Shown here: one piece after another, positions 43,891 to 57,565 of the stretch | Layout: each line of letters opens with the position of its first letter | Numbering within the stretch: the first letter of the stretch is position 1 | Source: a virus | Virus genome (UHGV): UHGV-0117634 | DNA: 64,000 bases | Strand: one strand, 5' to 3' | Program-made: the position numbers and the translations under genes | The notes under the pieces: model-generated | The model's input: the letters and a program-made list of their open reading frames with translations, nothing else | What the model was told of the DNA's origin: nothing | Databases searched by the model: none

Positions 43891-45066
43891 TTACGCAGTT
43901 CTCTTCCAAACATATACAACATAAGAAGGTTGCTCAATATTAAATGCTTGTCCAGCACCAAATGCACCAGTTGTACCTGAGTGAGTGTGCTCAGAAGATT
44001 GAACTGTCACAGTACCTGAGTGTCCATGTGAACCAATTGCAACGCTGTGTCCATGTGCTCCGATATACACACTGTGAGAGTGGTTACCACCAACTGAAGA
44101 GTTAACGTTGAAGGTATGTGTGTGAACCCCATCAAAGTCTGTATATGACGCATTACCAACACCTGCATCAGCCGTTGCCGTAATAGCGTTTACACCACCC
44201 CTGTCAGAACCCCTCAATGGAATCCTGTGGCTGTGACTACCAGCACTGCTTACAGAACCATTAACATTATGAGCGTGGCTTCCAGAGTCGTTTGTGGCCT
44301 TAGAACCATAATCAAAACTTGATGTGCTCTTAGTCCCATAGTCAAAGCTAGAAATTACTACTGTTGCATTATGGGAGTGTCCACCACCAGTTAACAACAC
44401 AGAGTGTGTGTGACTTGGAATGTTATTTTGTGTAAGTGTTACAGTAGCAGAACCAAATACTGATTCTACAGGTCTTGTATCTGTGTCATAACCGACAAGA
44501 GACCTTCCTTTAGAAACTAACTCCCAAGTACCACCACAAAGTAAATATGTAGATGGGTTTGCAGGGTTAACTGACAAATGAATAGTACCAATTGGATAGC
44601 TATTCTGGATAGCTCTATATAAAGCATTCACAGCTTTTGCAGTAGCATACTTATCAGCATCTTCAGAGTAAGAGTTTGAATATGTCCAGTTTTGAATATT
44701 AGACAAACCTACTTGAATCTTGTTAGTGTTGTGAGGGTTATTCTTGTCATTAATGTGATTTTGAATAAGGGCATTAACTTCATCACTTGATAGAATATTA
44801 AGGTTCTGTCTAGCCTCTTCAACACTAACCACGTCTGACAAGTTATTAGCAGCCACTAATTGGAGTGCGTTAACAACATTACCAAGTTCTACGTGAACCT
44901 TTGTAACACCGTGTGGGTTATTTCTTAAAGATGCGTGTGGAGCAAGTAATTGCTCAAGTGTGCATCGTTTATCCTCAATACCTTGCTTCAGGTGAAAGAT
45001 ATCACTTAAATCAATCGGTAATGAGGCTTGAGGCAATGCACTAATTTGAATTTCACCGACTGCCAT
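43891..45066 (-). CDS. tail fiber protein with HxH-repeat receptor-binding domain
   Basis: Repeated HTHS, GHSHN, SHAHN, SHSHR, HTHTF, NHSHS, AHGHS, SHGHS, HTHS motifs; FDYGTK repeats. Confidence 0.65.
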   Translation of the reverse strand: MAVGEIQISALPQASLPIDLSDIFHLKQGIEDKRCTLEQLLAPHASLRNNPHGVTKVHVELGNVVNALQLVAANNLSDVVSVEEARQNLNILSSDEVNALIQNHINDKNNPHNTNKIQVGLSNIQNWTYSNSYSEDADKYATAKAVNALYRAIQNSYPIGTIHLSVNPANPSTYLLCGGTWELVSKGRSLVGYDTDTRPVESVFGSATVTLTQNNIPSHTHSVLLTGGGHSHNATVVISSFDYGTKSTSSFDYGSKATNDSGSHAHNVNGSVSSAGSHSHRIPLRGSDRGGVNAITATADAGVGNASYTDFDGVHTHTFNVNSSVGGNHSHSVYIGAHGHSVAIGSHGHSGTVTVQSSEHTHSGTTGAFGAGQAFNIEQPSYVVYVWKRTA

Positions 45067-45068
45067 TA

Positions 45069-45368
45069 TTAGCTCCCTTTATATTCATATGTGTAAAGGT
45101 TAGTCGTGCTGGTGTGTGCAGTTCCTGTTACTGTTTCAATTAATTCCCAACCATTGGAAACTAAATCAGGTTGCTCCGTAGCAAATGAACGAACCTCTCC
45201 AACCGTACCATTTACTTTGTTAAGCAAATAGTTGATAATATAGTTAAACCACTGACGACCCATAGGTTCACCCCTTAATAGGCCAGTGGCTTGAATTTCT
45301 GGAGGTGGTAAAACTTTAAGCTGGTTACCGTCAGCATCAACTGTATCTGTAGACCATGAAAGAGACAT
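45069..45368 (-). CDS. small tail/baseplate-associated protein (99 aa)
   Basis: Position between baseplate genes and fibers. Confidence 0.35.
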   Translation of the reverse strand: MSLSWSTDTVDADGNQLKVLPPPEIQATGLLRGEPMGRQWFNYIINYLLNKVNGTVGEVRSFATEQPDLVSNGWELIETVTGTAHTSTTNLYTYEYKGS

Positions 45369-46264
45369 TATGAACTTCCTTCTTGTTGAGATTTATCTTT
45401 TCTGCCTTTGACGATTTGGGCGACTTCTGCCATAATCCCATAATCACCACCTGCTACTGTTTCTTTACCAGCAATGAAATAGTCGTTGCTATTGTTTGTT
45501 TTGCTGACTTTTAAATAATCTTTACTGGTACTTCCACCAGTTTTATCCACTCTTACATAACCATCCCTTACACCTGCATCTGCAAAACTACCTAATTTGT
45601 TTGCTTCTAGAGAGCCACCTGTGTTGTTCGTAATAAGACCCTTGTTAGTGTTTGTTACAAACCAGTTATTGTTCTCATCAGTAATTGCCAGAGATGAATC
45701 AGCAACCTCTACAGGAGTCCAAGCAGTACCATTTAAGGTAACATCTCTAAGGATAACTGCTGAACCAATAGTTGTTGCAGCAATCTTAGAAAGTGTGTAT
45801 GCTGTATCTAACACGTTATTACGAGTGTTTACACGGATAACAATTCCACCAGTCATTGGCGTAATGTGCTCAAAAATCTGACTGAATGATGCGTTGTAAA
45901 GGGTCATAACAGCCCTTTGTAAGAAGCTTGGTGTGGTGTCAGAACGTCTTAAGAAAATTTGAATGTAGAGGATAGCTCTGTAAGTGTCATCATCAGCACC
46001 AATAGGTCTAGGGACTTTAATCAAAGCCCCGATGTTATCAAGTTGTGTGCCAACACCTACACGAATATTCCTTTCAGTATATAACTGATTACTGATATCC
46101 TCTAATAATTGTAACTCATCTGTGATAGATTTCAATAGACTTGTGTAAATAAACTTATCTTTGAATTGAGTTACAGTTCTTTCGTCCAATGTTTTCTCAT
46201 AAAAGTTTTCAATCTTTTTAAACATTGTTACTCCTTGGTAATTGTATACTGTGAGCTTTCCCAA
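45368..46264 (-). CDS. baseplate protein (P2 gpI-like position)
   Basis: Synteny only. Confidence 0.35.
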   Translation of the reverse strand: MGKLTVYNYQGVTMFKKIENFYEKTLDERTVTQFKDKFIYTSLLKSITDELQLLEDISNQLYTERNIRVGVGTQLDNIGALIKVPRPIGADDDTYRAILYIQIFLRRSDTTPSFLQRAVMTLYNASFSQIFEHITPMTGGIVIRVNTRNNVLDTAYTLSKIAATTIGSAVILRDVTLNGTAWTPVEVADSSLAITDENNNWFVTNTNKGLITNNTGGSLEANKLGSFADAGVRDGYVRVDKTGGSTSKDYLKVSKTNNSNDYFIAGKETVAGGDYGIMAEVAQIVKGRKDKSQQEGSS

Positions 46265-47697
46265 ACAGTGTACTGGTCACCATCAATAGTGATTCTTGAA
46301 GTTGTGTACTGCCCCTCAGCAGGTGGAATTGCTTGGTTATTTGAAAGTGCAACCTTAATCTCATTAATCTCGATACCTTGAATCACATCATAGATATGTC
46401 CATAGATTCTGTTAGGGATTACATCATTACCAACTTTCAAAGTTCTACCGTAGGCATTAATACCTTGAACAATTCTGTCATGAATATCCTGTTCAGGGAT
46501 GTTAAGAGTTTCTTCATCGTAAAGAGAGTAAGTAACCTTGACAAAAACGTATTTAGGCATTGGTCTACTAAAGTAAACGTCGTGAGGAAGAGAACCTAAG
46601 TCATATGCAGTACCAAAGATTGTACCAAATGGGCGAATACCAGCAGGTTTCGTGTCCCAGATTGCCTGTGCAATATTATCATTCTGACCACCAACTACAA
46701 CAATCTTAAAAGACTTCGGAGGAAGACCGTCAGCGTTTGTTGTCTCAGTATCATTTTCTACACCAGAAGCATCAGACACACCTTGCACTCTCTTGACAGC
46801 AGCTACAATAGCATCTAGAGTACCTACACCAGTAACAGCCAGAGATTCTAAGTAACGCTGTCTCAGTTCTGTGTCAGTTTCCTCATCACGACCTGTTGTC
46901 AAGTCATATCTGTTGAAAACACTATCAAGACCATCTACAGTTGTTTCAATCTCAATCAAGGTTCCTGCAAGAGTCTGGATAGCTCCAGTTTCATCTGCTA
47001 CAACGTCACTGATTGAAGTAATCTTTGTAAATGTTAAGAATGTCGTTGCAGTAACAACCATAGGGTTAGTTCTGGCAATGATATCTCCAGTGTCTTTATA
47101 GATTCTTAGGACTGAACCATCATTAATAACTTCAGCCTTTGCAATAATACCACCATTGATAGCATCTGCAAGTTTCTGTAGCAATGTTGTAATGGTGTCA
47201 GAGCTAGTCGGCTGATATGAATACTCAATGTTGTCAATGATAATAACATAGTTTGCATCTGTTCGTAAAGAGTTAACTTCTAAGTTTGCCTCTACACAGT
47301 AAGATGGAGTCAGCGTGAAAGTTGACACAGGGTAAAAGATGTTACCTGCTGTGCTTCTTAGTCTTGTAGTGGCTGGTACAGGAGCACCAGAATTACCAGT
47401 GAACTCAGCTTGACCTCTTGTAGCCTGCGCCACATATCTGTATACAGCATTCAAAGCTGTTACATCATCTAAACTGAATCCTTCAGCTTTGTCAATAGTA
47501 CCACCGTCATAAATTTCTGACAAGATTTCATGAACGTCTGCAAGACCTCGGCAAACAGAAGCTAAGAATAACCCAAGTTCGCTATCTTCAGAAACATCAA
47601 GGTTTGGTGAGATATCTCTATACAGACTTGCTTTAACATCATCCAAGATTTCTTGATATCTTTTTGTTTGTAAACCTGTAGTTGTTAATCCAGCCAT
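46228..47697 (-). CDS. baseplate J-like protein
   Basis: Synteny (V-W-J-I order), 489 aa. Confidence 0.4.
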   Translation of the reverse strand: MAGLTTTGLQTKRYQEILDDVKASLYRDISPNLDVSEDSELGLFLASVCRGLADVHEILSEIYDGGTIDKAEGFSLDDVTALNAVYRYVAQATRGQAEFTGNSGAPVPATTRLRSTAGNIFYPVSTFTLTPSYCVEANLEVNSLRTDANYVIIIDNIEYSYQPTSSDTITTLLQKLADAINGGIIAKAEVINDGSVLRIYKDTGDIIARTNPMVVTATTFLTFTKITSISDVVADETGAIQTLAGTLIEIETTVDGLDSVFNRYDLTTGRDEETDTELRQRYLESLAVTGVGTLDAIVAAVKRVQGVSDASGVENDTETTNADGLPPKSFKIVVVGGQNDNIAQAIWDTKPAGIRPFGTIFGTAYDLGSLPHDVYFSRPMPKYVFVKVTYSLYDEETLNIPEQDIHDRIVQGINAYGRTLKVGNDVIPNRIYGHIYDVIQGIEINEIKVALSNNQAIPPAEGQYTTSRITIDGDQYTVWESSQYTITKE

Positions 47698-48112
47698 TAA
47701 ATGTTTACCTCTGTATTAATTTCAACATCGTCAGCAGTTGTCGTTGCATTAAATCTTACTGACACTTTCCTCATTGCATTATCCATTGTTGAAGAGTAGT
47801 TGTAGATGTTTGTTACATCTCTCGTTTCAACAAGGTAACCTTTCATATAATTATCAAAAATAGAGGTCTTCTGCTTGAACTTAGCAAGCTGTAAATAAGG
47901 GAATCCAGCAGATGTATTAAAGAATACCTCTCCAGCCCTTAGAAGACACCTAATATGTAATCTTTGAGCTACCTGAGTAGCTTTATCGTCTTCTGGGATA
48001 ATTCTAATCTGATTACCCGTAATTTTTAAATCTCCGTGAGCAACGTATACAGAATCATTTCCTAATTTAGCTACGTAGTCACCACCAAGATTAATTGCAA
48101 AATCTGTTTTCA

Positions 48113-48113
<1 letters not shown>
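47697..48113 (-). CDS. baseplate wedge protein (gpW/gp25-like)
   Basis: 138 aa, position between spike-like and J-like genes. Confidence 0.4.
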
Positions 48114-50874
<2,761 letters not shown>

Positions 50875-50875
<1 letters not shown>

Positions 50876-53112
50876 TATTCATCCTCTGGGTAGCTAGAGT
50901 TTAACAGAATATCTTCCTGACTCTTATCAGTGATATCCACCATCTTAGTAGCAATCTGCTTACCATCCAGATTAAAGGAAACGTTAAGCGTCTGCTTAGT
51001 TTGCAATGGTAGTCCAGAAGGAGTCATCATCATAGGTGTCTGGTTAAACTTGTTTGCAAAGTTATTTAGAGACTCAGACAGGTTGTTCATGATAATATCC
51101 CAATTTGACAAACCATTATCAACTCTCTGAATATTTCCAGAAGTGTCTGTGGTATATTGTGCAAACTGAAGTTGCCCATTCTGGTCAAAGAACATTGGAC
51201 GTTTTGGATTAGTGATTCCTGAGATAGCTTCATTGAAAGGATTAGGTGTGTTAACCTCGTTAAATCTCTTTCCAGCATTCTTGTCAACTGAACCAGATAA
51301 CATTAATGCAGAACCACCTACACCAAGAGCCATTCTGGTTGCTGATACACCAGCCGTTGTAGCTGCTGTTTCTGCTGCTGTAGTTAACCCAAACTTCTGT
51401 GCAATCTTAGCTAAGATACCTTCTTCAAAAATACTCTTGACAAATGCTACAGTACCACCAAAGATTTTAGCAACTTTTGTAATAGCTGCAATTGAGACAC
51501 CAATAGCAGTGAACGTAGCAACTAACTCAGCAGAATCCTTGATTAGTTTCTGTTGACTAGCATCTAATTCCTTGAAATAGCCCATTGAGGTATAGTACAA
51601 TGAAGAAATGCGGTACATGATATCTGTCACGAAGTCTAGAAGGTTACTAGCACCTTTTAAAAGGTAACCAATACCTGTACCAAGTGCTTCAGATGTACCA
51701 AGGGAACCTTGCAAGAACATTGCAACTGAGTTAGAGAGTTGTGAGATACCTTCACTAGAGTTGTTAAACAAAGCTACAAGGGTGTTATCCCACATTGCCT
51801 TTGCTTGACCCATAGAGGTAGCTGTCTGCTTAGAAACTGCATTCATACCACCTGCTGCTTCAACAAGCTCTCTCATTTTTTCTGAGACTTTTGGTAGAAC
51901 GTCTTTTGCAAGAAGCTGACCATCTTTCATCATCTTGTCAAGTTCTTGTGGAGTTTTACCAATAGCATCAGCAAATAACTGAACAGCACCTGCCAAACGG
52001 TCACCTAACTGTCCACGAAGTTCTTCAGCCTGAATCTTACCTTTAGATGCCATTTGCTGGAAAGCAACCATGATACCTTTCAAGTCTTCATCAGAAGCAC
52101 CACGAATACGTGAGAACATAGCAGCATTCTTATAGAACTCTTGAGTTCCTTTAAAACCTAACTCTGGTTGAGCACCAGCAGCGAAGTTTGAGTACTGCTT
52201 CATAGTGTCTGTGTAGTTCTGACCAATCTGGTGAGAGAACGTAGCAGCGAACATTCTAGCTTGCTGTGTATCCCCTCCAAAGATAGCTGTTGAGGCTAAC
52301 TGTGCAGACTGTCTCTTTACACCTGCATCAATAGTCTTCTGAGCTAATTCCAGCATAGCATACGCTGAAACAAAACCACCTACAAGCTGTCTTAGTGAAG
52401 AGTTTGCTCTGTCTTGTAACCAAGCTGACTCTCTGACTGCCTTAAGTCTAGCATTTTCTGCAATAACCCAACGTTTGGTAGTGTCAATGAGTTTCTTGAC
52501 TTCCATCTCATACTCACCAACTTTACCACTACCTTTGTACTTATTATAGATTCCTTGTAAGCTTCCTCTGAAGGAAGTAGCCATTTGGTTACCTTGTCCA
52601 CCAATTGTTTCAAGACGACGAGTCAAACCAGAATAGAAGTTGTTATTAAACATTCTTTCCATTTGTCTTTGAGCAATATCAGGTCTAACTCTAGGTGAAC
52701 CACCACCTCCAACCGGAGGGATAGTATTACCACGGCCTCTACCAACTCCACCACGAACATTGACTTTACCTTCAACATTCATAGCTTGTCTTAGAGCCTT
52801 ATTAATTTCTTTGGCTGTTTTCTTACCCTGTGTTTCTAATCTACGAAGTGATTTTACACCTTGTGAATCTAAATTCATAGCATTGTTTAGGGATTTATTG
52901 ATTCTGCCTGAAGCAGTCTGAGCGTTTTTTACAAGTCTGTTTAGAGCGTCTTGTGAACTTCTATTAGGCTTCACATCAAAGGCTTTATTGATATTGCGTT
53001 CGATACGTTGAGCAGACTGCATAGCCATTTTCTCAACTCTTTGCAAACCCTTAATAACCTTTTCACTGAATCCAAGTTCAACAACAAAACTATCAACTGT
53101 ATATTGTGCCAT
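50875..53112 (-). CDS. tail tape measure protein
   Basis: 745 aa, N-terminal coiled-coil-like charged repeats, central Gly/Ala-rich hydrophobic segments, located after the chaperone pair. Confidence 0.7.
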
Positions 53113-53339
53113 TAAATTTTACCTGCTTTTCTGAGTTCGTTGTAAGCCATTTCTTCTTTATATGACTTCTGGATTTCTAAATATTGACGTAGAGATAATA
53201 AATCAACGAAGGTCATATCAAAAAGTTGGTTGAGTGTTTCTTTACACCCATCCATACCATAAATAGCAAGCACAAATTTCATCTCATCTGCTTCATCATA
53301 AGTTGCCTTTACAGCCCCGTCAGTCAGCGGGGTCTGCAT
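53112..53339 (-). CDS. tail assembly chaperone, frameshift-extension ORF (GT-like)
   Basis: Frame is open ~30 codons upstream of its ATG, overlapping the 3' end of 53348..53749 in the -1 frame. Confidence 0.5.
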   Translation of the reverse strand: MQTPLTDGAVKATYDEADEMKFVLAIYGMDGCKETLNQLFDMTFVDLLSLRQYLEIQKSYKEEMAYNELRKAGKI

Positions 53340-53347
53340 AGAATAAC

Positions 53348-53749
53348 TTAAGCTTCCTGCTGAGAAGTTAGGCTTTTGAAAATGCTTGCCTCGAAAAAAC
53401 TTCCGAAGTTTGCCTCCAAAGCAAAAGCTAAGAAGTCAATAAATTCACCGTAGTTCGCTTGGAAGTAACTATCAATTTTCAGTGGGAAGTCATTAACTGT
53501 TGCCCCCTGAAATAGTGTCTCTGCCATTGCATCAATATCTAGTTCGTCAACCTTTTCAAAGCAAGCTTCAACGAGTTCTTTAAATGGAATTTTAGCTTCC
53601 CCATCTTTAGAGGTTAAACCAGAGAGCATCTGTGCAAATGCTGGTACAACTGCTTTACCAAGTTTCATAGAGATACGGATACCATCTCTTGCTCCAAGAA
53701 GAATAATAGTTACCTTCTTGCCATTAATCATTTTAGTTTCAGTCTTCAT
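53348..53749 (-). CDS. tail assembly chaperone (G-like)
   Basis: 133 aa acidic protein between tube and tape measure genes; contains slippery heptamer near its 3' end. Confidence 0.55.
   Translation of the reverse strand: MKTETKMINGKKVTIILLGARDGIRISMKLGKAVVPAFAQMLSGLTSKDGEAKIPFKELVEACFEKVDELDIDAMAETLFQGATVNDFPLKIDSYFQANYGEFIDFLAFALEANFGSFFEASIFKSLTSQQEA
53393..53400 (-). other. candidate -1 programmed ribosomal frameshift site (T_TTT_TTC slippery heptamer)
   Basis: In the chaperone frame ...GGA AGT TTT TTC GAG...; a -1 slip reads TTT TTT CGA GGC AAG... which is the frame of 53112..53339. Confidence 0.45.
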
Positions 53750-53782
53750 TGTGATTCCTTAAAAGTTATGCTATAAAAACAC

Positions 53783-53815
53783 AAAAGGGGAAGACCTTTT
53801 ACAGTCTCCCCCTTA
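53783..53815 (-). terminator. terminator-like hairpin after tail tube gene
   Basis: Plus AAAAGGGGAAGACCTTTTACAGTCTCCCCCTTATT; stem with one bulge, T-rich tail on minus strand. Confidence 0.4.
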
Positions 53816-53825
53816 TTAGGATTTG

Positions 53826-54272
53826 TTAAACGCTTGACGCAGGGATTGTTGAAGTGTAGTCTAACTTCTCACAACCGAAAATCCAAGTTTTCGAGTTCTG
53901 GTCACGACCTAGCTCAATCTGTGGAAGCTCTTGCAACCAAGCATTAATACCTGTTGCCAGAACTGAACCAGATGGGTCGTAAATTACAAAGTTAGATGAG
54001 ATATCTTCTTCAAGTTCCATGTCATCTTGTTTAGCTTGAATTGCAGAAAGCATCTGGTTTGATAGAGAAGTCTGCATTAGCTCAATCTCAATCGTACCTG
54101 TCTTGTCTGCATTTCTTGTCAGAGCTACTTGACCACCTGCACCTACAACTGGCGTAACAAGTGGAGAAGTTCTCTGAAGACGCAAGAATGAGTCTGGTGC
54201 AAAACCTTCAATGGCAATGCCATTCCAGCTACAAACTACATCTTTAGGGGAATATTGCTGATACATAGCCAT
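53826..54272 (-). CDS. tail tube protein
   Basis: 148 aa, immediately after the sheath-like gene. Confidence 0.5.
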   Translation of the reverse strand: MAMYQQYSPKDVVCSWNGIAIEGFAPDSFLRLQRTSPLVTPVVGAGGQVALTRNADKTGTIEIELMQTSLSNQMLSAIQAKQDDMELEEDISSNFVIYDPSGSVLATGINAWLQELPQIELGRDQNSKTWIFGCEKLDYTSTIPASSV

Positions 54273-54286
54273 TCCTAATTACTCCT

Positions 54287-55639
54287 TTATTCGTAAGCCA
54301 CTGTGCCTTTCAAGTCAACATCCAAGATAGCCCCTGCAAGAATACCGTGGAAGGTAACGTCTTTCAGGATACGTGCTTTCTTATCTGCCAATGCAACTTG
54401 TGAGGCTTTAGGAACAGTAACAGTGTAAGTTGACAAAAAGTTTCTGTTAACTGCTCGCTGAAGAGATGTTTCAATGACCTGACGAATACGGGTAATACCA
54501 GTATCATCATAAGTAATCTTACCACCCTTCTGATTAATTAGCAAGTCTCTCAGAGATGTTTTCAAATCAGATTCAAGCCAATCAACACCACGTACAATAT
54601 CAATCCATTCACCACCAGAAGTGATACCTCTACGCACTACAGGAACCCCACCATCGAGGTCAATGAAATTACAGCTACGGGTATCCAAAGCTGACTTCTG
54701 AATGCTTGTCAGTGGTCTCTGGTTAGCAGGTTGTAGAGATGCTGCAACACCAGTTAATTGAGCGTTACCCCAAGCAATTGAACCTGCATCATATGGAGCA
54801 CCATATGCGATGTAAGCCATTTCTGGGTAGTCATACTCGGCTGTGTGATGCCACAAGCAAACTGTACGAGTGTACTTTCTCTTAGCTAACTGTGCCGGAA
54901 CATCTGTTGCAGAGGTCAAATCAGTGCCTTGCAGAGCCTTAACGTCAGCATTAGCTGTGAAGAAAATCTTCTTACGAGCCTGAATCTCTGAAGCCATTGC
55001 CAAGACAAACTGTTGAGTTCTGTCTTCTGCTGAGATGAAGTACCAATCTGTTGAATATGCTTCAATGGATGCCAGAGCAGCGGAAGCCGTGTCAGCAGTT
55101 GTTGCTGCAATAGATGTTGTAGGTGTAATAGACGTTACTTTTACGAAGTCATTATCACCAGCTTTAGTAATAATCATCGTCGCAGAAGCACCAGTACCTG
55201 TTACACTAACATTAACACCATCTTTAATTGTTGGGCTTGCTTCAATCTGTGATTTAAACTCATTCAAGACAATAAGTGCTGTGTCGTTTTCTTTTGCAGT
55301 GTACTGGAATGGCTGAGAAACACCACCACCGATAGCAACTGTCAATGAATATTCATTTCCTTCAGCCACTGTGTCAGGAATAGAAACAGTATATTGCATA
55401 GTTCTTCTACCAATATACAGTTGAGTTACTTTTGGAGTTTGGCTCCATAGCTGTTTTGCAGCTTTATACGCAGCAGTACTTTCATCAAAGTCTTCAGCTA
55501 CTTCTGTTAATGAAGTATAACCACGGATTCTTTCTTCAAAGTTATCTGTTGAAGCAAGGAATAATGGTAAACCAAAACCTTCTCTTGTAGTTCCTGCTGT
55601 GTTCAATGTAATATCTACATTAACAATTGGATTCCACAT
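54287..55639 (-). CDS. tail sheath protein
   Basis: 450 aa, position between head-completion genes and tube gene. Confidence 0.55.
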   Translation of the reverse strand: MWNPIVNVDITLNTAGTTREGFGLPLFLASTDNFEERIRGYTSLTEVAEDFDESTAAYKAAKQLWSQTPKVTQLYIGRRTMQYTVSIPDTVAEGNEYSLTVAIGGGVSQPFQYTAKENDTALIVLNEFKSQIEASPTIKDGVNVSVTGTGASATMIITKAGDNDFVKVTSITPTTSIAATTADTASAALASIEAYSTDWYFISAEDRTQQFVLAMASEIQARKKIFFTANADVKALQGTDLTSATDVPAQLAKRKYTRTVCLWHHTAEYDYPEMAYIAYGAPYDAGSIAWGNAQLTGVAASLQPANQRPLTSIQKSALDTRSCNFIDLDGGVPVVRRGITSGGEWIDIVRGVDWLESDLKTSLRDLLINQKGGKITYDDTGITRIRQVIETSLQRAVNRNFLSTYTVTVPKASQVALADKKARILKDVTFHGILAGAILDVDLKGTVAYE

Positions 55640-56239
55640 TTATTTTACCCCTTTGGAGTCTACATCTAGATGGATAGTATATTCTGGTGGCTCCTGTCCT
55701 TCCTCGTAAACCAATTCACCATCCACAATGACACGTTCAATAATACTTCCACGTTCATCTTTTAATACTGAATTTTTTACAAGGGTTACAACAAGAGGTG
55801 CAGAATTTTCAAAATCTGTGTTGAGATAAGTATAATCATTTGGGATAGCCCCTGTATCAAGTACTGAAGCACCTGTCATGTCAGCTAGATAATCTCTTGT
55901 AGTACTCATCTCTAATCTTTGTTTTAGCTCAAGCATAATACTGTGAGCACCTTTACCATTTACAGTAATCAGTACAGGAATCTGAAAAGCAATTCTATAA
56001 CAAACTACATCATCTTCCACGAACTTATCAAGAACCCAACCATAAGGTGTGGTAGCATCTTGACAGTATACTGTAATAAAAGGCTGGTCTGGTTTTAGAC
56101 CTTTATCATTGGAATTATCTGAAGGGTAAGCCCTAATAACATTTGGTCTGTTATTCTTGTCTCTCGCTAAACGGTGACCAATAACATCAACCAAAACTCG
56201 GACAATACCTTTCTCAAGTTCTGCTGTTTCTAACTGCAT
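55640..56239 (-). CDS. head-tail joining / tail terminator-like protein
   Basis: Synteny between head and sheath genes. Confidence 0.35.
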   Translation of the reverse strand: MQLETAELEKGIVRVLVDVIGHRLARDKNNRPNVIRAYPSDNSNDKGLKPDQPFITVYCQDATTPYGWVLDKFVEDDVVCYRIAFQIPVLITVNGKGAHSIMLELKQRLEMSTTRDYLADMTGASVLDTGAIPNDYTYLNTDFENSAPLVVTLVKNSVLKDERGSIIERVIVDGELVYEEGQEPPEYTIHLDVDSKGVK

Positions 56240-56615
56240 TCATCTTATCCCTTCTAATAATGATATACTCATAATGGGATGTGTGAGCTAATTGTTCAGA
56301 CCAATCCATTGTCATAAAGACTTCGTATTCGTGTCCCTTAATCATGACAATATCCGCTTCAGTCCAATCAACATCATCAGACGTTCTTAACTCAGCTACA
56401 GTGAAAAGGATTCTTGTATCTGTCAATCTGATACCTTCAGGTAAAACAATCTGTGTACCATTCTTTACAGAACCCTTAATATAAGGTTGAATATTACCTT
56501 TACAGTTAATTGATACAATATCCTGTGAAGCTACCCAATCACCATCTTCATTGTAATAACCATCTTCAGATACCTTTCTTTTAACTACAAAGCTGTGTCT
56601 ATTTAAGAGTCTCAT
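56214..56615 (-). CDS. head-tail connector protein (133 aa)
   Basis: Synteny. Confidence 0.35.
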   Translation of the reverse strand: MRLLNRHSFVVKRKVSEDGYYNEDGDWVASQDIVSINCKGNIQPYIKGSVKNGTQIVLPEGIRLTDTRILFTVAELRTSDDVDWTEADIVMIKGHEYEVFMTMDWSEQLAHTSHYEYIIIRRDKMNAVRNSRT

Positions 56616-57094
56616 TTTTTAATACCTTTCTTAGTAGAGATTTTATAAGCAAGGTTATCTCGTAAATCTCCAGTTTCCACAAGAGGGGCATTGAAGCCTT
56701 TCTTTTTAACTGTAGATGGAGCGTTAGGAGGCAATATAGCCGTATTACCAAAACCTCTTTTAATTGCTTTCTGAGCACTCTTTGCAAATGCTTCTAAAGT
56801 ATCTGAGGGGTCAGTATTAAGACTGTTTAATTGCTTATAGAGATTCTTCTTAGTCTGCTCTAACAAGGTCTGTCTGTGTAACATCATAGTAATTTCAAAC
56901 AACCTACGATATACTTTACCTGAAGCTGCTGGTACACCAATAACTTCATGCAAGTACATTAAAGCAGAGTAAGAAAAACCAGAGCTATGTTGACCTTGTT
57001 CCTGAAAATACCCAACTTGAGCATTAGCCGTATGCAAGTTCTTCATAGCCCCGACTAATTTAGCTCTAGCGGGGTGAATAACCCTTTTAACCAT
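56612..57094 (-). CDS. head completion / minor head protein (160 aa)
   Basis: Synteny. Confidence 0.35.
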   Translation of the reverse strand: MVKRVIHPARAKLVGAMKNLHTANAQVGYFQEQGQHSSGFSYSALMYLHEVIGVPAASGKVYRRLFEITMMLHRQTLLEQTKKNLYKQLNSLNTDPSDTLEAFAKSAQKAIKRGFGNTAILPPNAPSTVKKKGFNAPLVETGDLRDNLAYKISTKKGIKK

Positions 57095-57543
57095 TATTCA
57101 TCTCGCTCGATAATAAATACACCATTGACACGTTCACAGTAATCTCTACCATTGTATCTAACAGCATCGCCATATTCAGTATATTTCTTGACAGAGCAAG
57201 GATTTTGACGACGCATATTAATATCACACTGGTTAATACCACCCGCATAAGGGAGGCCACTAACAGAGCTTTTAACTAGGTCGTCATAGACAGCTTTCAG
57301 AGATTTGAATCTGGAAGAGTTTCGTAAATAAACACCACCAACTTTCTCATCTCCCATCTTGGCTACTTGAAAGAGTAAATATTTAAGAGCTTTGATGGCT
57401 GCTTTCTTTTCATCCTTTCCAGATTCTTGGTAGAACCACTCTAGCACCGATTGGTCAATGAGGATTTCATTGTTGTCAGTATCGGTGCAGAGGATTCGAA
57501 CTCTATCAAGAGGGTTATTAGCGGGGTCGCCTGTATAACACAT
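57094..57543 (-). CDS. head completion protein (149 aa)
   Basis: Synteny; ATGA overlap with next gene. Confidence 0.35.
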   Translation of the reverse strand: MCYTGDPANNPLDRVRILCTDTDNNEILIDQSVLEWFYQESGKDEKKAAIKALKYLLFQVAKMGDEKVGGVYLRNSSRFKSLKAVYDDLVKSSVSGLPYAGGINQCDINMRRQNPCSVKKYTEYGDAVRYNGRDYCERVNGVFIIERDE

Positions 57544-57565
57544 TTATAACCCTCCTTTCAAGTTA

